Shown: positions 37,583-45,764, counted from the stretch's first letter. The stretch: 64,000 bases of DNA from an uncultured Candidatus Babeliaceae bacterium (GCA_963704655.1 OY969927.1:192001-256000); one strand, 5' to 3'. Program-made: numbers and translations. The notes: generated from the sequence alone by a model not told the origin.

Positions 37583-38245
37583 ATGAAAAAACTTATGTTC
37601 TTAATGACATTCGTAATGGTATCAAACTCTCTGGTAGGAATGGCGTATCTTACCCTTGCCACAGGAGAGCCAGTGAGCCTTGAACAACCAGATGGTACTG
37701 AATTTTCAGCGGTTGACATCTCACTCATGTTTGAATCCCATGCAAAACGTGTGTATGAAAATTTTCATGTTGACGCTGCGGTGCTAAGAAATACAAAATT
37801 TTTGGTGTCTTCTCATAAAGACTTCGCCCAGGTAGAGAAAGTTGACGATGGGAGAGCTTGGTTTTTTAAGCAAGCTGGGGAACTCGTACGATTGGTGAGA
37901 GGAAAAGATGGTTCTAATTATGTGGTACTTTCGCCAGCGATGTTAACTTGGTATGATGCGGGTCATTTTAATCATAATAATAGTACCGTGAGCTATAATG
38001 CATTCTATCTTTTTGAATTGTTGTCTGTTGCGCGAGGATGTACATTTGCCGATGAAGAGTTTGGCGGGCCAGATTATCTGGCAAAAAGATATAAGTTTGC
38101 AGTAGAAAGGTTTTCTTCTGAAGGCCTTAAGGGATTGCAAGAAAGCTTTGAGAGTAGCAAGGAGATAGTTTCTGGTTATCAGGGCGTGCCTGAACTGCTT
38201 GCTCAAGAGCTGGCAAAGCGCAGGATGTCAGCCGATAAAGAATAA
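37583..38245 (+). CDS. Secreted hypothetical protein (cassette 4)
   Basis: MKKLMFLMTFVMVSNSLVG-M signal peptide. Confidence 0.75.
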   Translation: MKKLMFLMTFVMVSNSLVGMAYLTLATGEPVSLEQPDGTEFSAVDISLMFESHAKRVYENFHVDAAVLRNTKFLVSSHKDFAQVEKVDDGRAWFFKQAGELVRLVRGKDGSNYVVLSPAMLTWYDAGHFNHNNSTVSYNAFYLFELLSVARGCTFADEEFGGPDYLAKRYKFAVERFSSEGLKGLQESFESSKEIVSGYQGVPELLAQELAKRRMSADKE

Positions 38246-38412
38246 AGGGAATTATTATGGATCATCTACCATTGTACCTATAAAAAACCATTTAAACTTC
38301 AGCTTTTTCATATTTTTTAAATCTATGCCACAGATGAACGTAACGAGCTTAAGGTATTCGGTATGGCTGCGAGCAGCTGACGGATAGCGTAGATTGTGCT
38401 ACTATCTATAGA

Positions 38413-38445
38413 GAAGTTGCGACAATAGCCCGATAGAGTGCACCA
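38413..38445 (+). repeat. Cassette-boundary repeat R3 (shorter match)
   Basis: GAAGTTGCGACAATAGCCCGATAGAGTGCACCA, followed by a family B palindrome to 38475. Confidence 0.75.
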
Positions 38446-38542
38446 TACTTCGCCAAGGCTTCGTATGGCGAGCCAGCCTTTTTACGGAATGACAGGCAAA
38501 TCATAGTTCTTTGTTTTTTTGAAAATTCTGAGGAAAATAATT

Positions 38543-38917
38543 ATGAAACAATTTTTTCTTTTTCTTGCGATTATGCCAATTGCATTGCTAGCCATGGAGC
38601 CAAATAATCATGCCTCTCTCGGACTAGTTGAGCATTTTGCTATAATGCTCAGTGCAGGTAGTCAATACACCGAGCGCACATTGGATAATTTAAAATCAAA
38701 ACGCTTGGAAAGTCTCGCTGAGATGAAACAAAAGCAAGCAATACCAAAAATTATAAATCAATTAGAAACATGTGCTGAAAATGATAAGCTAAAAAGCCGG
38801 GTGCAATGCCAAGTAGTTTATGATTGGTTCATTTCAGAGCTTCGAGCCCAAGGATATTTTACAAATGTACCTGTGGGTGGGGAATTTACTCAAAAAGTAA
38901 TGGAAGCCATTGAATAA
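38543..38917 (+). CDS. Secreted hypothetical protein (cassette 5)
   Basis: GAGG RBS; MKQFFLFLAIMPIALLA-MEP signal peptide. Confidence 0.7.
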   Translation: MKQFFLFLAIMPIALLAMEPNNHASLGLVEHFAIMLSAGSQYTERTLDNLKSKRLESLAEMKQKQAIPKIINQLETCAENDKLKSRVQCQVVYDWFISELRAQGYFTNVPVGGEFTQKVMEAIE

Positions 38918-39057
38918 TTTGCTTAGATTTACTTACCCTTATTAATAAAAATTGGCGAGAGCCAGAGTACAAACTTCAAAAACGTGGGCTAAATTTAAAG
39001 TTTTTTTCAAGCTTGAATGGCTTTTAAGCCGTTAATAGAAATTGTTTAATTGCAAGT

Positions 39058-39129
39058 AAGTTGATATTATCATAAGTAAAGTTGCAAAATAGTGCGCGAG
39101 CGCACCAGATAACCCGATAGGGTGCACCA
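39058..39129 (+). repeat. Cassette-boundary repeat R4
   Basis: AAGTTGATATTATCATAAGTAAAGTTGC-AAAATAGTGCGCGAGCGCACC-AGATAACCCGATAGGGTGCACCA, followed by a family B-like hairpin to 39163. Confidence 0.85.
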
Positions 39130-39293
39130 GTCATTTCCTTTCAGGGGAAATGCCTGGCAGGCCAGTCTCTTTAATCAACAAATTTTATATAAAAAAATTG
39201 AAAATTACGCGCCCGTAGCTTCCACCTTCGTTAAAACTATGGTGGACAGGCAGTTGTTTAAAATAAAATCTTGAATACTATAGTATTTATAGC

Positions 39294-39370
39294 GCGCCCG
39301 TAGCTCAGTAGGATAGAGCGACAGTTTCCTAAACTGTAGGCCACTGGTTCGAGCCCTGCCAGGCGCACCA
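39294..39370 (+). pseudogene. Chimeric tRNA-Arg: CCT 5' part joined to the TCG 3' end
   Basis: First 59 nt match 41428-41370 (2 mismatches); 3' end GGTTCGAGCCCTGCCAGGCGCACCA is identical to tRNA-Arg(TCG); mispairs in the T and acceptor stems. Confidence 0.85.
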
Positions 39371-39545
39371 GGCTTCGCTCTTACGAGCTTCGCCTGGCAT
39401 GCCAATTTCTTAAATGACTTTTTTTGGAACAGTAAACTTGAGATAATTAAAGCGAAGACTGTCCGGCGTAGCTTCTTTTTTATATAAATTTTTTATGAAC
39501 TATTCAGCGAAGCCTGGACTAATTTAAAAAAATAAAGTGATTTCT

Positions 39546-39788
39546 ATGTATTGTGTGTATATCCTTCGTTCAATTAATTTCCCGGACCAATTATATGTTG
39601 GCTGTACAACAAACTTGAAAAAGCGTTTATCTGACCATAATTGTGGTACGACGTCCCATACTGATAAATTTAAGCCATGGGAATTGGTAATGTATTTGGC
39701 ATTTAATAGCAAAGAAAAGGCTGTTGAATTTGAAAAATATCTAAAATCACATTCAGGTAGGGCCTTTAGAGATAAGAGACTTTTATGA
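39546..39788 (+). CDS. Solo GIY-YIG nuclease family protein
   Basis: YCVYILRS...LYVGCTTNLKKRLSDHN...TDKFKPWELV...EKYLKS. Confidence 0.92.
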   Translation: MYCVYILRSINFPDQLYVGCTTNLKKRLSDHNCGTTSHTDKFKPWELVMYLAFNSKEKAVEFEKYLKSHSGRAFRDKRLL

Positions 39789-39818
39789 TTCAATGCTCAT
39801 AGTCCGTCAAGAAAGTAT

Positions 39819-40655
39819 CTATCTCTTTACATCTAAAATATAACGATCTACGGGTTTTACTCGAACAAAACCAACCTCTTCATAAAGTTTTACCCCGCTA
39901 TGGGTTGCTTCCAATATAGTGCGCGGGATTTGTAAGGCTGCAGCACGGGCTACAAGTGTTGCAAGCATTTTGGTCGCTAAACCCTTATTGCGTGCATGCT
40001 CAAGAGTCGTGACATCTTTAATTTTTGCATACTCTGAAGTGCACAACAGACCTCCTGTTGTCACTAACGCACCATCTTGATAAATTCCATATAATTCGTT
40101 GCGTGCACCTGCTGGCATATCATCTATGCTGTTTTCCATACTAATGCGCAATGCATCCACAAGTTGCAGGTTTTTCACTCCATAATTTGTATAAACAACA
40201 TTTAACCAGGTACGTACTTCTTGTTTTGTAATAGGCACAACATCTTGATCTGCGGTTTTTTGAGCACCTTGATAGAGCATGAGCATTAAGGGAAGATGTC
40301 TAAATCCTGCGCTTTTTAAATGCGCAATTAATGCAGCATGTTTTTTATCGTCAGCACGCCAGTGGATTGGCACATTATGCTTGCGCACATAAGCAGTCAC
40401 TTGCGCAATATCTTGTTCCATCTGTTTAGGAGTAGACTGATCATAGCGCGTTATGATGTTTTGCCCGTTTGGCGGTACTCCAGGTTTCCACCAGGTCATA
40501 TGATCACGTTCATCTCGGGTTAGATGTGACTGCTGTTGAAGGGCATCATCAAAAGACTGGTTATTATACAATTCAGCCAACTCAAACTCGTTGCTATGCG
40601 CAAAGTGAATTGTTAACATGGTCATGAGAATCACGGTAATTCTTTTTAAAAGCAT
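39819..40655 (-). CDS. GNAT acetyltransferase with a signal peptide
   Basis: VTTLEHARNKGLAT and LEATHSGVKLYEEVGF. Confidence 0.82.
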   Translation of the reverse strand: MLLKRITVILMTMLTIHFAHSNEFELAELYNNQSFDDALQQQSHLTRDERDHMTWWKPGVPPNGQNIITRYDQSTPKQMEQDIAQVTAYVRKHNVPIHWRADDKKHAALIAHLKSAGFRHLPLMLMLYQGAQKTADQDVVPITKQEVRTWLNVVYTNYGVKNLQLVDALRISMENSIDDMPAGARNELYGIYQDGALVTTGGLLCTSEYAKIKDVTTLEHARNKGLATKMLATLVARAAALQIPRTILEATHSGVKLYEEVGFVRVKPVDRYILDVKR

Positions 40656-40774
40656 TCTTTACCTTTTTTTCTCAATGATAGATGAAATTTTATGTGTATA
40701 ATGTTGTATTCATATTGTATTTGAAGAGTAATTCAAATAACAAGTAATTGTTTAATTCTAAACTATTTTAATTA

Positions 40775-41299
40775 TCAGTATATGTATTCGCCAACTGCAC
40801 TACCTATAGAGTAACCTATGTGATAGCTGTATTGGCCAAGTGCTGTATGGCCCATGTAGTACCCTAAGCGGTAGGCTGAATATAAAAGAACTGCCCCTCC
40901 TATACATTTAATAAGTGGCCGTTCCCATTTTATATTACATGTATGTCTGCTAATTTGTTGTTGGATCTCAAGATACAATTGATCAGCTTTTATATCTTTG
41001 AGTTTCGTATAGTTAATTATCAATGAATTGCCATCCGAATGCATATTAAGTCGTATTGCTTCTGGACCATTTAATACGAGTACGATTGTAGGTACAGCGA
41101 CATTTTTTTGGTCACATTGATCAGTAATTATTTTATATAAGTGTGGGGCATGAGCATTATTTATTGTTATCTGAGTATCGTTTTGGCCAAACAATGCCTC
41201 AAGAGATTGTATTTCATCTAGAAGTTTTGAGGGCATAGAGAAGCTCTGAAATGGAAAAATGGATGATAACAAAATAAGCAGTTTAAGGACGGTTTTCAA
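40775..41299 (-). CDS. Secreted/membrane hypothetical protein
   Basis: TTG start, signal peptide, C-terminal hydrophobic segment. Confidence 0.65.
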   Translation of the reverse strand: MKTVLKLLILLSSIFPFQSFSMPSKLLDEIQSLEALFGQNDTQITINNAHAPHLYKIITDQCDQKNVAVPTIVLVLNGPEAIRLNMHSDGNSLIINYTKLKDIKADQLYLEIQQQISRHTCNIKWERPLIKCIGGAVLLYSAYRLGYYMGHTALGQYSYHIGYSIGSAVGEYIY

Positions 41300-41351
41300 T
41301 AAATTTCCTAGTTAAGGGGTGTAAAAAAGACTTTTATGTAGTAGCAAAGAC

Positions 41352-41428
41352 TGGTGCGCCCGACTGGAATCGAACCAGTGGCCTACAGTTTAGGAAACTG
41401 TCGCTCTATCCGGCTGAGCTACGGGCGC
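41352..41428 (-). tRNA. tRNA-Arg(CCT), intact
   Basis: GCGCCCG/CGGGCGC, anticodon loop TTCCTAA, ACTGG-TTCGATT-CCAGT, CCA. Confidence 0.95.
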
Positions 41429-41466
41429 AGTATTTCTTTTATATAGAGTATATTATACTTATAGTT

Positions 41467-42390
41467 ATGGAAAAAGAAAAAAAATATATCTGTCTTGGCA
41501 GTTCTGCCGCTTCACTTTCATGTGCGCATCACATAAAAAGGCTCGAGCCACAAGCTCAAGTTACACTTTTAACCGCTCAGCATGAATTGCCTAATAACAC
41601 GTGTCTTTTAGCTGATTATGTTGCTGGCAATCGCAGTAAAGAGTCTTTATATTTGCCGATTCCAGAAGGTGTTGATGTTCACTATAATGCAGAAGTTGAG
41701 TTAGTGGATGTTAAATTAAAAAAAATTATCACATGTGATGGCAAAGAATTTTTTTACGATAAACTTTTTATTGGCACGGGTTTAAAGCCGCGTGTTCCAG
41801 TAATCTTTTTGCCTGAATTATATAAAAAGGTTTTTCCCTATAAAACATTAGATGATATTGTCAGATTTGAACAAGTACATATTTCTGGCAAAAATGTTTT
41901 AGTGGTTGGTGGTGGAGTAACCGGCGTAGAAGCTGCGCATGCGCTTACTATTTCTGGTTATCAGGTAACATTAGTTGAAAAAAGTTTACAATTATTACCC
42001 AAATTTAATCAGGCAGCGTCGCAAGAGATTTATGAACTTTTGCAAACAAGCGGCGTAATGGTGAAATTAAATTATCAGGTTTCTTTTGATGATATTAATC
42101 AATTTGATGCCCTATTTTTAGCCACTGGCGGCGTGCCGGTTACTGATTTTATTAAAAATCAGCTAGAACTAGAAAATGGATTTATTGTTGTTGATGAAGA
42201 TCAAAGAACTTCAAGTGAAGATATATTTGCTGGCGGTGATGTGTGTTTAGGGCGAGTGCTTTGGCCACAGGCTGTTAAAGATGGGGTTGTTGCAGCGTAT
42301 AGTATTTTAAATAAGCCCGTACCAAATTTTAAATCGATACCGTATAAGACGGTTATGCGCATATTTAATGTTACGCATATTTTGTCATGA
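41467..42390 (+). CDS. FAD/NAD(P)-dependent pyridine nucleotide oxidoreductase
   Basis: YDKLFIGTG, VVGGGVTGVEAA and TSSEDIFAGGD. Confidence 0.85.
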   Translation: MEKEKKYICLGSSAASLSCAHHIKRLEPQAQVTLLTAQHELPNNTCLLADYVAGNRSKESLYLPIPEGVDVHYNAEVELVDVKLKKIITCDGKEFFYDKLFIGTGLKPRVPVIFLPELYKKVFPYKTLDDIVRFEQVHISGKNVLVVGGGVTGVEAAHALTISGYQVTLVEKSLQLLPKFNQAASQEIYELLQTSGVMVKLNYQVSFDDINQFDALFLATGGVPVTDFIKNQLELENGFIVVDEDQRTSSEDIFAGGDVCLGRVLWPQAVKDGVVAAYSILNKPVPNFKSIPYKTVMRIFNVTHILS

Positions 42391-42407
42391 CTTTTAAACA
42401 ATAATAA

Positions 42408-42440
42408 GTAAGCGAGAGGGAAAAATCCCTCTCACTTATT
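42408..42440. terminator. Hairpin between convergent genes
   Basis: GAGAGGGA-AAAA-TCCCTCTC. Confidence 0.65.
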
Positions 42441-42452
42441 TATATTATTTTT

Positions 42453-42905
42453 TTACTGATTCATAGTAAAAGTTATCGGGGTTTGACCATAGGTGATATT
42501 AAGAAAACCACTTGTTTTCCATGGAACGTGCGTATCGTTTGGGCATGTATATGTTTGACCTGCAGCAATAGTATTGTGTAATGCATCTTTTAAGTCTTGG
42601 TTGTAATCCTTAAGTACAAAAGAAACAGGATTGGCGGTGAGGTTTTGAATTGTACCAATTGAAGCAACATCTGTTCCAAACCAATTACCTACTTTTGAAA
42701 AAGTAACAGTATCATCACCAACAATGAGATTATATAAATAATGTTGGTCAGCTGTGGCAATGACGTTAAGATTTTGGTCGTAAGCCACCGCTTTACCATT
42801 TTCACTGATTATTTGAACTGATTTCAATCTTGTTAATGCCATAGTTTGTGTGGTAGCAGTTACGGCCGCAATTATGATTAATAATTGTAGGTTTAAAGAT
42901 TTCAT
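42453..42905 (-). CDS. Secreted hypothetical protein
   Basis: AAGGAG RBS; signal peptide; beta-rich mature part. Confidence 0.7.
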   Translation of the reverse strand: MKSLNLQLLIIIAAVTATTQTMALTRLKSVQIISENGKAVAYDQNLNVIATADQHYLYNLIVGDDTVTFSKVGNWFGTDVASIGTIQNLTANPVSFVLKDYNQDLKDALHNTIAAGQTYTCPNDTHVPWKTSGFLNITYGQTPITFTMNQ

Positions 42906-43266
42906 GGAATCTCCTTTTTTTGAGTTATATTTTATTTATATTTAACAATTTCTAGAAGTTCTATTCTAGTTCTATTTTTAGCGTAACAGGTTTAAATTCA
43001 AAAAGTCAATAAAAATTGATGCCGCTTATTAATTTAAACCCGTTTTTTATATTTTTAGCCCTCTTATTTATCTATTATTTTTATAAATATAGATATTAGT
43101 TCTCTTAAATTTCATACTACTACCATATTTAATGGCTGCTTGTAAATGAAAATGGCGGCGATCATTCAAGATCCATAAGCTGATTTTAAATATCTTTATT
43201 GAGAAACGGGGGGAGTTCTGGTACATTGAAGAACACACAAAATTATTACTGATTTAGAGAGCGGCA

Positions 43267-44709
43267 GTGGTTAACCAGATTTGGCAGGAATTTTTAAAGA
43301 TTGCGCGTGAAGAGGCAGGGAGCCCGGTTGTAGAGACCTGGTTTAAGGCCGTTTCGTGCCTTTCGTGGGATTATTCCAAAAAGACCATTTATTTAAAAGC
43401 TCCAAATCAGTTTGTTAAAGAGTGGATTATAAAAAATTATACTCATCTTTTACATAACCATCTGAGTCGTCTTCTAAATGAAGAGTCGGTTCATGTGCAA
43501 TTTGTTGATCAGATGCCACAAGCAGAAGAGATAAAAAAACATAATCCTCAACCACAGATTATTCCCGCTCATGTTATACCCGGTATGCAACCCATTTCGA
43601 TGTCTGTGGCTACGGGCCATTCGCGACATGATCTGGTAAAAAGCTCAATGCGTACCACAGTAGCACGTGTTGATAAAGCGCAAGTTCGCCCTGGACTCAA
43701 TGAAACACACACCTTTGATACCTTTGTGGTAGGGCCGAGCAACTCGCTTGCCTACGCCGCTGCTATGGCTGTAGCTGAAAAGCCGGGAATGTTATATAAC
43801 CCGTTTTTTATGTATGGACCATCAGGATTAGGTAAAACGCATTTACTCCACGCAATTGGCCAGAGTATAAAAAAAGAAAATAAAAAAGCGATTATAGTAT
43901 ATCAGACTGCAGATCGTTTTGTGCAAGAATTTATCCATGCTATTCGTTTTAATAAAACACATCTTTTTGAGGCAAAATATAAAAATATCGATGTTCTTTT
44001 AATGGACGATATCCAATTTATTTCTCATAAAGAACAGACACAAGAAGCATTTTTCCATATTTTTAATACACTGCATCAGGCACAAAAACAGATTGTTTGC
44101 ACCAGTGATGCATTGCCCGGTGACATTGTTGGTTTAGCTGCTCGGATGCGTTCCCGCTTAGAATGGGGCCTTGTGGCAGATATTTCTATGCCTACGCTAG
44201 AAACGAAAATTGCAATTGTTAAAAAAAAGGCTGAAATTCATCATGAACCGATTTCAGATGATATTGCTGAACGTATAGCACGTTCAGTAACCTCAAGTAT
44301 TCGTGAACTTGAGGGCGCTCTTATTCGCGTTCTTGCTTGTGCATCATTAACACGACAACCTATAACACAAGAGCTTGTTGATAATGTGCTTTTTAAAAAT
44401 AGCTCACACCAGGCGCGTCAGCAAATAGATTTACCAAAAGTCGTTCGTTCTGTGATGAGTTATTTTAATGTATCACTTGCAGAATTGCGTTCTGAAAAGC
44501 GGGACAAAGAGATTTCCCATGCGCGCCATATGGCCTTTTATTTAATGAAAAAGCATACTGGCAAATCTCTTAAAGAGATCGGTGCTTTTCTAGCGCGTAA
44601 AGATCATTCTACCGTATTGCACGCCTATGAAAAGATTAATCTTATTCGTCAAAACGACGTTCAACTTCAACATGCATTGCAAGAGCTAGAGCGCACATTA
44701 CAAAGCTAA
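43267..44709 (+). CDS. dnaA: Chromosomal replication initiator protein
   Basis: FDTFVVGPSN, YNPFFMYGPSGLGKTHL, DDIQF, QEAFFHIFN, SRLEWGL and KDHSTVLHA. Confidence 0.98.
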   Translation: MVNQIWQEFLKIAREEAGSPVVETWFKAVSCLSWDYSKKTIYLKAPNQFVKEWIIKNYTHLLHNHLSRLLNEESVHVQFVDQMPQAEEIKKHNPQPQIIPAHVIPGMQPISMSVATGHSRHDLVKSSMRTTVARVDKAQVRPGLNETHTFDTFVVGPSNSLAYAAAMAVAEKPGMLYNPFFMYGPSGLGKTHLLHAIGQSIKKENKKAIIVYQTADRFVQEFIHAIRFNKTHLFEAKYKNIDVLLMDDIQFISHKEQTQEAFFHIFNTLHQAQKQIVCTSDALPGDIVGLAARMRSRLEWGLVADISMPTLETKIAIVKKKAEIHHEPISDDIAERIARSVTSSIRELEGALIRVLACASLTRQPITQELVDNVLFKNSSHQARQQIDLPKVVRSVMSYFNVSLAELRSEKRDKEISHARHMAFYLMKKHTGKSLKEIGAFLARKDHSTVLHAYEKINLIRQNDVQLQHALQELERTLQS

Positions 44710-45764
44710 GTTTCTAAGCTGTATAGCAAAATAGGCGGGCGGGCGTTGGTTTGCAACTCCAGGCGCGACTTTTTATCAAACGTGAGCTTATTGTTAAAAA
44801 ACTTAAATGCTAGTCTGCTGTAGTAGGTAAAAAAATCGTTAATTTTAAAATCATCTTTGATGCCGATAAGCGTTGGAAAGTGCTCCGTGTCAATGATTAT
44901 AATCTTTTTAGACTCTTTTTCTACAATAAAGTTATTTATATGTGGGTCGATACGAATGCCTAAAAACTGTGTTATAGAGATAGCGACTTCGCGGTCATTT
45001 CTTCGCAAAAGGGTAAATGCGTAATCTGTTTCAATGGCGTCGCAGATGATTGCGTACATTGACGGTAGTCGCATAAATTGCCGTTGTATTCCGATATTTT
45101 TGCCAACAATATCTATAGTGCGTGAATTTTCTGGGCGCCAGAACCACTTGCGTGGCGTATCAACAAGTTTACTCCAGTATCGGTTTGAATTAATTTTTTT
45201 ATTAATCTCATTACGATTTGGAATACGTGTAAATCCTGCAAGATACCTGTTCATGCCGCCACCCATGATAAAGAACGCGCATTCTTCTACACCACGATTA
45301 AACGGCTTAACAAAGTTATCAGGTGATTCCATAAAAAGTTTAATAACAAATGGGTACTGTTTATGGCGTAATATTATAAGCCCCGTATGTTTAAGATAAT
45401 TGTAATCACGCTGCTTAAGAATAATAAAGTTATCCATTTTCTTTATCTTTTTATACGTGCTTGTCAGTTGTGAAACTGCTTGCTCTAAATGAGTGATAAG
45501 ATCTGTTGTGTTAAAAGACTTTTCTGGGTCATGTCGTGAAGGTATTGTTTCGGGTAACTGGTTTTGTACAAAATAGTTTTCATCATAAATTTTAAAAATC
45601 GAAGGCTCTAAATGGGAATTTTTCAGATGATAGTGCGTAGAAGTGTCATCTGTCCAGGACGTGGTTATCTCTGGAAGCTTATCATTACCTGGACGGTGTA
45701 CGCTGCGTCTACATGCGCAAAGTGTTAAAATGATGAATGGTAAAATTTTTAAAAAGTAGTGCAT
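44706..45764 (-). CDS. Hypothetical lipoprotein, possibly protein-kinase-like fold
   Basis: LTLCAC lipobox-like; FVIKLF, DPHINNF and IIIDTE. Confidence 0.6.
   Translation of the reverse strand: MHYFLKILPFIILTLCACRRSVHRPGNDKLPEITTSWTDDTSTHYHLKNSHLEPSIFKIYDENYFVQNQLPETIPSRHDPEKSFNTTDLITHLEQAVSQLTSTYKKIKKMDNFIILKQRDYNYLKHTGLIILRHKQYPFVIKLFMESPDNFVKPFNRGVEECAFFIMGGGMNRYLAGFTRIPNRNEINKKINSNRYWSKLVDTPRKWFWRPENSRTIDIVGKNIGIQRQFMRLPSMYAIICDAIETDYAFTLLRRNDREVAISITQFLGIRIDPHINNFIVEKESKKIIIIDTEHFPTLIGIKDDFKINDFFTYYSRLAFKFFNNKLTFDKKSRLELQTNARPPILLYSLET

Noticed and set aside
36011-39129. R1-R4 as a CRISPR array or classical integron attC sites
   Set aside because: Spacing is 0.7-1.2 kb with whole genes between repeats. 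There are no cas or intI genes and no RYYYAAC...GTTRRRY palindromic attC structure.
42906-43266. oriC upstream of dnaA
   Set aside because: AT-rich, but no TTATCCACA-type DnaA boxes were found by eye.
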